From the human T2T-CHM13v2.0 reference genome, Homo sapiens: DNA of 64,000 nt. Numbering within the stretch: the first letter of the stretch is position 1; each line of letters opens with the position of its first letter. Location: the NCBI RefSeq assembly GCF_009914755.1, contig NC_060925.1, one strand, 5' to 3'. The position numbers were made by a program, and so were the translations under genes. Shown here piece by piece: positions 48,492-64,000 of this stretch. The notes under the pieces are model-generated. The model was not told the DNA's origin. It ran no database searches and saw only the letters and a program-made list of their open reading frames with translations.

Positions 48492-50094
48492 TTTCTAATG
48501 GTAGAAATATATTCCAGACACACTGTCCTGGTGTTCCCAAGCACATATTTATGCCAAGTTTATAAAAAGCAGCTGCAGACAGGACTGACTGAAGGCTCAC
48601 TCTGCTGTCTGGCTTCCAGAAGGTGCATCGGTTCTCACTCTGTCACCAGGACTTGGATTTACCTTTTAAAACCCTCTAACTTTCTGCATCTTGCACCTGA
48701 AGGAGACACACCTGTGGCTCAGAGTGAACCAGAACAATGTCCACCTCTTCCCTTCTAAGCTTTCATAGTACACTTTTTATTTGAAACGTGCTTGAATGAC
48801 GTGTGTTGTGATCATTTTTAGTCCATCAAAGTCCTCAAACAGATACAAAAAGGAAAGTGTTCCAAGGCTCATTTCACAAATATCTGGGTGTCTCAGAGAG
48901 GCAGAGTGACTCAAGCACAATCAGCGGTTTTCTGAATCCTTTAGAACATAGGGCAGAGGCCTCTGTGGGTCAGTTGAGGCCAAACTGTCTCTTCATCCAC
49001 TGGCTCTGGTTTCAGTAAGATGCCCTTTTCCATCAGCCTAAGCCTCTCAGTCCTTCCCCACATACTCCCTGTGGTCTCTCCCACCCCGACCAGTGAGAAG
49101 CTCCAGCCTCTACTTTACCTGCCTTTGGTTCGTCCCCCACCCCAACACCCTGAGAAATCCGAGTGGCTGTCATCTCCTGTGCCCAAATCCACACACTCAT
49201 CTGCCAGTTTTCTCACTGACCTGGGATAGGGACTCCACTTACTTCCCTCCTCCACCATGGGCTTAATAAAGACAATAATAACCTGCTTTGTAGCTCTCCT
49301 GGGGGTGACTAATTGGTTAATCTTGGGAAGGCCCTTTGAAGATGAGAAGCCGGTATTACTCACGGGGTTGAAGGCATGCACCTGCCCCAGTCTGGGCCTG
49401 AGTCAGCAGAGAATGGCCTCCCACCTGCAAGCAGGCTGGGAGAGCTGGCCGGGGCCTCTGCTCAAGGTCAAGGTTGGCCAACAGAGGGGTGTGGAGCACA
49501 CACCTGGCACCTGTGGGAGGAAACCAAGAGGCCTTGGCGGCCTGCGCTGGGTGAGCCTTTCCAACTCTGGGAACTGTGCCCCATCAGCATTTGCAAGGTG
49601 TAATAAGCCTTCCAGTAACTCTGCCAAGAGGGCAGCACATGTCAGGAATAGCAATCGAGACAGTATTTCCTGATAATTGTTTGGGGAAAATGCTTTTCTC
49701 ATAGCAAAGCCCTCCCATTTTCTCCTTCCTCTGGAGGAAGGGGAGCCAGGGGAGGTAAGTAGGGCATAGAGCTGTGGGGCCTGAGATTTAGGATGCAAGC
49801 TGTGGGCAGCGGGGCTCTCTTCTTAAACAGCTCATGGGTATCCTCAGCCTGTCTCCTACTCATCTCTCCAAGGAAAAGGAAGTGGCAGCAAGAACTGGGA
49901 ACCACCTAAATAAATTAAAAATAGAACTACCACATGATCCAGCAATCTTCCTTTTGGTTATATACCCAAAAGAGAGAAAATCACCACCTAGGAGAGGTAG
50001 CTGCACTCCCGTGTTCACAACAGGCAAGATAGGGAAGCAACCTAGATGTCCATTATGGACAAATGAGTAAAGAAAATGTGTGCACTCAACAGGA

Positions 50095-50240
50095 ATGGGG
50101 AAAGAAAGAATGAAGAAAGAGAGAAAGGAAGGAAAGAGAAGGGAAGGGAGGCAGGCAGGCAGGAAAAGAAAGAGAGAGAAAAAGAGAAAGAAAGAAGAAA
50201 GAAAGAAAGAAAAAGAAAGAAAGAAAAGAAAGAAAGAAAG
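50095..50240. repeat. GA-rich polypurine tract
   Basis: (GAAA)n/(GGAA)n mosaic. Confidence 0.9.
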
Positions 50241-51147
<907 letters not shown>

Positions 51148-51477
51148 TTAAAAAAAGCCAAATACACAGAGATGGAGAATAAGACAGTTGTTACCAGTAT
51201 TGGGGGTGAGGCAGAGGAAATGGGGAGGTGAATGCGGAAGGACACAAAGCAGCAACTATGCAGGATGAACAAGTGGAAAGATCTGATGTACAATATGAAG
51301 ACACACTTAGTTAACAGTGTACTGTATCCAACATCTTTGCTAAATGAGTAGATTATAGTTGATTGTAGCTGCTCTTACCACAGGGGAAAAATACGTACCT
51401 ATGAGAGATGACGGCTATGTTCATTTGCTCCACTCTGGTAACTGTTTTACTATATGTACATGTACCTCATAACATCA

Positions 51478-52960
<1,483 letters not shown>

Positions 52961-54191
52961 GAGAGAGAGAGACAGAACTGAGAACCAGAAGAGGCTAAAG
53001 CAAGTAGAAGAAGGCAAGCGTCCCTTCAGACCACGCCTCCACCCACCCTTGACCCTGCGAGAGGGATTTAGACACAGTGGCAGCTGGGAAGCCAAGAACA
53101 GAACACATTAAGCCTTGCAACCTAATGCCAAGATTCCGCCCGAGAGACCCCATTTCCTGCCCTCTCTGCACATTCCTTCCATTCCTCCCAAGCACCTTCT
53201 CCCACTGCTATTTTCTTCTTTCTTCTAGAAAACAAGTCATGTGGCCAGAAGGATGTCAGGCACTTCTGCTTTCTCTTTTAGATTCCCGGGTTCTTATAAG
53301 GTTTTCCTGGCCTTCTCTCTGCCTGCAAAGCCCCTGGCACCGCAGAGGCCCCCAAAACACACAGGATGATAAAGCTCTAGAGAGACAGGATGGAAGCCTG
53401 GGTGCATGAGTGCGGGAAAGAGGGCACAGGGGCTACTAAATCTTTGCCCAGATGGTGGGGCGGGGCTGGGGGAGCAGAGCAGCAGCAACAGGCTGTGAAG
53501 TGATTTTGTTCTGTTCAGTTAGGAAGGAGGTGGGTGGAAATGACAGTTTGGAGCCGATCAGAACAGAGGAAACTGTTTCAGGAGAAGCTGCCTCCCTTCT
53601 CCAGTTCTAACAGTGCCATCAAGCGGCTCGAGGAGCAGGCGCAGGGCAGTGCCTCCAGACAACCTGAGCTGACCCCTCAGCAGAGGAGCACGAGGCTGGG
53701 CAGAGGGGCAGCTCTCAGCACCCTGCCTGTGGCAAGGGCCAGTCTTCAGCCTCCCAGACAGATGGCCAAACACCTTTCCCTAGAACGATCTGCAAGGAGG
53801 TGGGTAAGGTATCTCCCCAGTTGTAGGAATAATGCACAAGCACCTTGATGGATACGGACAGTCAAGTTTATCAAGGTCCTGCGAGGCGCTTCACTGGAAC
53901 ACACTGGGACAAATGCCATCGTCCTGTAAAAGGCGCCAAAGCACATTTTCAACCTGAGACGTGGTCAGTCACCAGGGCAAGCCTGTCAATGCCATCAGGC
54001 CCTTGTTGATTGATGTTCAAAGGAGAGCAGAGGACAAAGAGGACAAAAGGGCGCTGGGCAAAACCAGCTGTGACCAGCACACCAGGGGGAAGGCTCATAG
54101 GATCCTCCAAGCTAAATTTATTGTTTCACCTACTTCACTCGCATTCCTTTTTGAATTCTGCAAATCAAAATCTATTCACCTAAGAAATACA

Positions 54192-54831
<640 letters not shown>

Positions 54832-54889
54832 TCAGCCTCATGTTTATCAGGTGTAAAAACAGAGGCTTAGAACGAGATCCATAGTTTTC

Positions 54890-55629
<740 letters not shown>

Positions 55630-55736
55630 TAGGTTAAGATTTTATTTGAACAAAGTGTTCTGCAGTCTTGTGGGCACTTTTGGAGGGATCTGCCCTGCCC
55701 ATGGCTCTCAGAACTGTCCCCCATGCCCACAGAGTT

Positions 55737-55976
<240 letters not shown>

Positions 55977-55999
55977 CTTAAATTAAAAGCAAAATGTTC

Positions 56000-56320
<321 letters not shown>

Positions 56321-56923
56321 TGTTCAATACAGCATATCATATAATGACTCAGTAAATATTAATGTTTTTATCACTTCCATTGTTGATATATTCAAAAGTT
56401 GTTTGTAAATCATTCATGTTTTCCTGTTGCTATAAAATTAAATTTCAGAAATATCATGGACTACACCTACCAATAATACTATAAATTTTAATTTCAAAGC
56501 TATTTTCTTATTCATATCTACTTGGACTATACCTACCAATAACATCTAATGCTTTTCTTTAAATTTATTTGTCCTAAAAACTTCCATCCAAGGACTTACA
56601 TATTTGTAGATAGGCTAATTTACTCATTTGTCCACTTAATCTTTTTTTTAGATGCTCTGAGATTTACCAAAGAAATAGATGGCAAAAATCCCTTCACTAA
56701 GCGTTTCCAGGGTAGAATTTGAAGAAATCATAATTTTAAGTGTATATTTCGTAAATTAGGTTTCTTAGATTTGAGGTCACCTGAGTTCCCACAGTAAGAG
56801 ATCAAAGACTCATATATTACCAATATGAGAAAAGGCCTCCAAAATTTGCATTTGTCACACTTTGGGTCACAGCCCAGTCGTGGGACCTGAAATCAATTTA
56901 ATAGATCAGAACCAGCATTTTAG

Positions 56924-57217
56924 ATTTTTTTTTTTCTTTTTTGAGACAGAGTCTTGCTCTGTCACCCAGGCTGGAGTGGTGCGATCTTGGTTCAATGCAA
57001 CCTCCGCCTCCTGGGTTCAAGCGATTCTCCTGCCTCAGTCTCCCGAGTAGCTGGGATCACAGGTGCCTACAACCACGCCCAGCTAATTTTTGTATTTTTG
57101 TAGAGACAGGGTTTCACCATGTGGCCAGGCTGGTCTCGAACTCCTGACCTCAGGTGATCCACCCGCCTCGGCCTCCCAAAGTGCTGGGATTACAGGTGTG
57201 AGCCATCAGGCCTGGCC
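56924..57217 (-). mobile_element. AluSx, antisense, inside a probable hAT-Charlie relic
   Basis: Poly(T) then GAGACAGAGTCTTGCTC; flank TGGGTCACAGCCCAGTCGTGGGACCTGAAATCAATTTA. Confidence 0.88.
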
Positions 57218-57240
57218 TAGAATTTTTTTTTTTTTAATTA

Positions 57241-57630
<390 letters not shown>

Positions 57631-58409
57631 TTGAAATTAAAATTTGTAAACCACAAAAACTTACCTCTCACTGCGGGTCTCAGTCAACACAGCCTGCCAA
57701 CGCTCTCACACAACCATTTGACCCGCCCCTTCTGTTCCTCAGTCTTCAACCCAACCTAACACACATGCAACCTCACCCCAGGACACCTGTGCATCATTGC
57801 ACCTGCCCAGGATTTCATCAGCAGCCTGGACACTGGCAGAATGGTAGGAATGTTTAAGGCTGACCCAATCATGGCTTCCTCACCTCGGAGTACTGCCTCT
57901 GCCAGGGCCCTTCCTGCCACATTTGATTCCCAATACACATCCGTTTGGTTTTTGTTTTATTGGGTTTTGAGTTTGTTAGGGGGAGTGGGAGAGGGGTGCA
58001 GGTGGCTGGTAGACCAGTAGAGTTCAGGAAGCCGGCTGTTAAACCCCTGGTCACTTTTGGTCAAGCTAGTGCTGGGCTTGGAGCTGGAGGCTGGAGGCTG
58101 TTCAGCACTCACCATCCTTACAGACACAAGCGGTCAAGAGGGTCCTCACTCATTACCACCTTTAATCTCCAGTAGTCCACTGGCAATCTCTGTCAGCTCT
58201 GGCCATGTGTATGAAATAGCAGAGAATCTAGCTGAAAAATGATTTTTTTGTCTGCATGATACAAAATAATCATTTTACCTAATCTTTTTTCTTCACTCAC
58301 ATGACTGAACCACAAGATTGCTTTTGGCATCGTGTAGAGTAGACCTTGCAACTCAGAGCATGGAGCAAGGAGCTGCAACGCCAGCCTCGCCTGGGAGGCT
58401 GTGAAAAGG

Positions 58410-58509
58410 CAGAATCCTGGGTCCAGTCTAGACCTAAGGATTCAGAATCTTCATTTTAGCAAGACTCCACAGGAAATTTACGCACACGTTAAAGTTTGAG
58501 GCGCAGTGG
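58410..58509 (+). mobile_element. MER5-like (hAT-Charlie) 3' fragment
   Basis: TCAGAATCTTCATTTTAGCAAGACTCCACAGG...CACACGTTAAAGTTTGAGGCGCAGTG. Confidence 0.7.
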
Positions 58510-58510
58510 C

Positions 58511-58648
58511 ATAGTTCTTATGCTGGCTGAAGTGCTGTTTTCATTAAGATTCATATCCAATTAGCTTTGGCCACAGGTGCTATTTTTGCAGGTATGCAGC
58601 GCTCTTGCAGGCCACTGGGACCTGCTGGGGTCTGGAGTGCCGCCTTCC
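58511..58648 (+). repeat. Left arm of a 138-bp inverted repeat
   Basis: Reverse complement of 59479-59616 with 5 mismatches and no gaps. Confidence 0.95.
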
Positions 58649-58686
58649 GCTTCCATCATAGACCCAAGATTCAGAAATGCTAGCTC

Positions 58687-58985
58687 AGCTGAGTGAGGTG
58701 GCTCATGCCTGTAATCCTAGCACTTTGGGAGGCCAAGACAGGAGGATTGCCTGAGGCCAGGAGTTCAAGACCAGCCTGGTCACCATAGTGAGATCCCATC
58801 TCTACAAACAAACAAAAAAAATCAGCTGGGTGTGGTGGCGCATGCCTGTAGTCCTAGCTACTCGGGAGGCTGAGGCACGAGGATCACTTGAGCCTGGGAG
58901 TCTGAGGCTGCAGTGGAGCTGTGATGGCACCACTGAACCCCATCCTGGGCAACACAGTGAGACCCTGTCTCTAAAAATAAATAAT
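58687..58985 (+). mobile_element. AluJo inside the inverted-repeat spacer
   Basis: Dimer with J diagnostics. Confidence 0.9.
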
Positions 58986-59478
58986 GAATGAATGAAATGC
59001 TGGCTCACTAACAGCAGCTGGGCTTCGGCCACGTTTCCATCCCTCCGCAGTGAAATTGTCAGCGTGAGATCTGTCCTTTCCTGGCAAGCGCTGTCTTTCA
59101 CTCTGGTTTTATTCTCTTCCTCCTACTTTTCTGGCGTTTAAATCTGCTTTGTTGTAGGACATGAGAGTGCCTGTGATTGTAGACATCATTTTGTTTGGTT
59201 TTGTTTATGTCTTCACTAGGCAAAATAACACTTGATTACCTATGTCTACCCTGTTGTTTTCAGTTTTCTAGCCTACGAATCCAAAAGTCTGGGAACAACT
59301 AGTAAAAATGAAACCGGCAGGGTGTCTTGCTGAAACCTGTGCGGCTAAAGCAGAATTGGAGTGTGGTGTGCCACCGAAGATTTGGGGTACAGCAGTGTTT
59401 GCGCCATCATTCAGAGTGCTGGAAACTAAAAGGGGCCCACTCTGTGAGAAAGAGGCACAGAAAGACAGCGGCACAGCT

Positions 59479-59616
59479 GGAAGGCGGCACTCCAGACGCC
59501 AGCAGGTCCCAGTGGCCTGCAAGAGCGCTGCGTACCTGCAAAAATAGCACCTGTGGGCAAAGCTAACTGGATATGAATCTTAATGAAAACAGCACTTCAG
59601 CTAGCATAAGAACTAT
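59479..59616 (-). repeat. Right arm of the 138-bp inverted repeat
   Basis: GGAAGGCGGCACTCCAGAC...GCATAAGAACTAT. Confidence 0.95.
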
Positions 59617-59625
59617 AGGAAGACA

Positions 59626-60015
<390 letters not shown>

Positions 60016-61251
60016 CTATCTCCAAGCAGAAGAAATCATGCAACGTGGGAAAGAGGGGTGATTTTCCTCAGTAAATGGAGTGGCTGGAGTGAGTCTGTGG
60101 GAAGCACAGAACCACGGCCTGGTGCAGTGGGAATGGAGGAAGGCCAGGAAGGCAGCAGCCACTGGACCTGGTGCGGTCCACAGAGGAACAGGAGCAGCCT
60201 TCGTCCTCAACCCACATCCCCAGGCCCTGTGCAGCTGCTCAGCTCCCCTGCAAGGCTCGAAGCCCCATCTCCAGCGTCCTGGGATTCTCAGCATTCCAAG
60301 CCTGGCACATAACAATGGCAGTGTTTGTAGCATTTCAGAACAAGCTTGGAAACTTTCAAATGTCAGAATGAGTGATGTGGAAAGCTTGTGGGAGACACAG
60401 AGAGGCAAAAGCTGAGCTGGGAAAATGGCAAGGCAGGGAGGCGCCAGAGGGAGCACTGCTTAACACGTCCGTGGGGCTCCAAGGCTTTTAATAAAGGGAT
60501 CCTCAGAAGCAGAAAAACATCTTGAGCTGTCAGAGAAGCAGTGATGTGGCAAAAATGTGAAGATTTACTGCGGTCCCGGCGGGGAGAGCTGGGGCACGTG
60601 TTACTGATTTTATCAAGGACCCACTGTCTGATTCGCCAGAGGATTTCGTGGAACAGGGAGCGCTGCTATCCGAGCAGGATCTGGGCATCGGAAGACACAC
60701 GCAGCTCCTGTCTTGCTAAGAGGAGGAGGCCACCTGTAACCAGGAAGCTCCCACACTGAAGACCAGACGTCACTCGATTCCCACGGTCCACATGGCCCTT
60801 CCAGAGGAGACTGTGTTGCACAGTCGTCCACAATTTTGGAACGTCTAAGAGATGCCCACTCTGTGAGAAGCACTGGGCAGAGCTTAGGAATAAACATGGG
60901 AAGGCAGAAGTACAGCTCAAAGGCGGCATTCCAGATGCCACTTCATCCCGGGGGGAATGACAGTGATGTACCCCACAGCAGGAAACCAGGGCTCAGCACC
61001 CCCGACCTCCCTGACTGCAGTCTTCTCACCTGTGAATGACAGACTAGGGCTGGATAATGGTGACATCCCCCATAGATGGCAAGATTCTCAGAAAGAAGAA
61101 TCCTGGGTCTCCCTCAACCCATGTTAGGCCTCAGTGACTGGCATGGAGTCAGATCTGTCGAAGGAATGGGTGGGTGAGGCGGTGCAAGCCCCTCCTTAGG
61201 GCCGAGACTCAGGCTTGTCCCCAGGGTGGAGAGGTCTCTAGAGAGAGATGT

Positions 61252-61850
<599 letters not shown>

Positions 61851-61991
61851 GAAGCCATAAGCTCGCAAGGAACCCCCCTGCCTTCTCCCATCCACCACAA
61901 CTGCCTGCTTGGGCAGCAGGAATGGGTATATGAGGACAGGGACTTGGAACCAGGCCAACCTCAGTCAGCTCCATGCTCACTTCTGCTGGGG

Positions 61992-62369
<378 letters not shown>

Positions 62370-62389
62370 TAGAAGGGTTAGAGGTGACT

Positions 62390-62701
<312 letters not shown>

Positions 62702-63720
62702 TTAGAGGGTTAGAGGTGACTTAAGTAACAGCACTCAGCATCTAGCACACAGTAGGCCCGGAGTGATCATTACTACTGGCTTACAGTGGCTTCGCCAGCA
62801 CAGTCAGCCTCATGGGAAGGAGCACCCAAGTCTCAGGGCCACTCCCTGAGCACGTGTGAACTCAGCGGGATCCTTGCTGACTGGAGTCCCATGGGGAAGC
62901 ATGACGGGGAGCCGGGAAGCGCTGGTCGTCCGAACGGGGCGGGAGCCTGGACAACAGGGGTACGAGGACCCAAAGCCTTCCCCTTGTTTCCTCCTCATCA
63001 ATTCTCAGCAGAGTGAGGGGTGAGGAGTTAGGCCCTAGGGAGCAGGAAACAAGCAGGGATCCGGCCACACACCCACCTTCACCTTGATCCCCGGCGGGAC
63101 GTCCCCACCCCTTCCCAGCAAGGCAGCCCTCAGGAGCTGCAGCCCAAGTGTCTCGCCTGGAGCTTCCAAGTGCAGAGCCTGATTTTTGAAGAACCACTGC
63201 CACACTCTGGCAAATGCAAGGAAGTCATTCTCGGTGCTGTGGCCTGGGGACCATCACGAACTGTCCTAGAGCGCAATCCGAATGCAAGCAGGGGAGAGGA
63301 GGCCCCAGCAGGCTGGATGCTGCTACGGGGAGTGACGGTCACCCCTGTGTGTCCAGAGCCCACTCCACGCCTGGAACGCAGTAAACACTGCATCGACAGT
63401 GGCCCTCCCCGCAGTCCCCCTTGCTCACCCCCTTAGCTCCTGAGCTCTTTATCATGCTTTCCGCGTGGCCCTGCTCTCACCTGACTGTAATCTGCATTTA
63501 TTCCCTGTCTCCAGCTGATCTGTGAGTTCCACAAAGGGGAGAAGCCACCTGCTGGGCGGTCTTGCATCTGTGGCAATGCCTTGTGCATAAACAAACCTTC
63601 GCTAAATGTTTGTTGAGCGAACAGAAGAGCGAATGATGCACACGAATATGGAGGTCTACTAATATGTGCTTAAGGAATTAAACCGGTGATGATAGAGATG
63701 AAAGAGGCGGGTAGGTCATC

Positions 63721-63754
63721 GCAGTGCCTGCGGTAGGCACTAGATGGCGCCCAA
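63721..63754 (+). promoter_or_regulatory. CTCF binding motif with upstream module
   Basis: Core GGCACTAGATGGCGCC (63736-63751) preceded by GCAGTGCC at the usual spacing of the zinc-finger 9-11 motif. Confidence 0.65.
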
Positions 63755-63904
63755 GCACACCAAGAAGGCGCTGAGAGGCGGGCCGAGCAGCATGAGTTTT
63801 TGGTATAGGGGTTTCCTGGAAGATTGAAGCAGTTTATCTATGAGGGCCCCTTGACTGAAAGTCTAAGATCTGGTACAAATAAGCCAGGATCAGCGGGACA
63901 TGCT

Positions 63905-64000
63905 GTATTACAGTTCTCCAGGGAAACAAAACCAACAGGATGTGTGTAGAGAGAGGAAGAGTTTCACGTTGAGGAATGGGCTCGTGATTGTGGAGGCTGG
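63905..64000 (-). mobile_element. MLT2 (ERVL) LTR end, runs off the window
   Basis: TGTATTACAGTTCTCCAGGGAAACAAAACCAACAGGATGTGTG...GAGGAATGGGCTCGTGATTGTGGAGGCTG. Confidence 0.8.

Noticed and set aside
47195-48758. Cys/Val-rich ORFs of up to 275 aa
   Set aside because: Translations of the TG repeat, open in several frames
58511-59616. Inverted repeat read as a DNA transposon with long terminal repeats
   Set aside because: No TSD, no recognisable transposon termini and no transposase remnant in the spacer

Overview
Primate (very likely human) non-coding euchromatin: an extremely Alu-dense 64 kb window with about 75-80 Alu copies or fragments, old L1M/L2/MIR relics, MaLR and MLT2 LTRs, and MER DNA-transposon remnants. 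I can support no protein-coding gene. The listed ORFs are Alu, L1, L2 or simple-repeat translations, or chance ORFs. I could not name the locus. The most notable things are: (1) a non-Alu 138-bp inverted repeat, about 96% identical (58511-58648 / 59479-59616), around an 830-bp spacer; (2) an old L1 whose ORF1-C-terminal to ORF2-N-terminal block has been moved upstream and inverted into an Alu, with a 16-bp inverted duplication at the breakpoint; (3) two small-RNA retrocopies hidden inside Alus, a rare RNY5 pseudogene and a tailless 5' U2 fragment; (4) a chain of good minus-strand splice sites and poly(A) signals that suggests a spliced lncRNA; (5) local duplications, nested Alus with readable target-site duplications (TSDs), a 1.3-kb TG-rich repeat with higher-order structure, a (GGAA)13 tract and a strong CTCF motif. 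Repeat subfamily names and boundaries come from eye comparison with remembered consensus sequences and are approximate.
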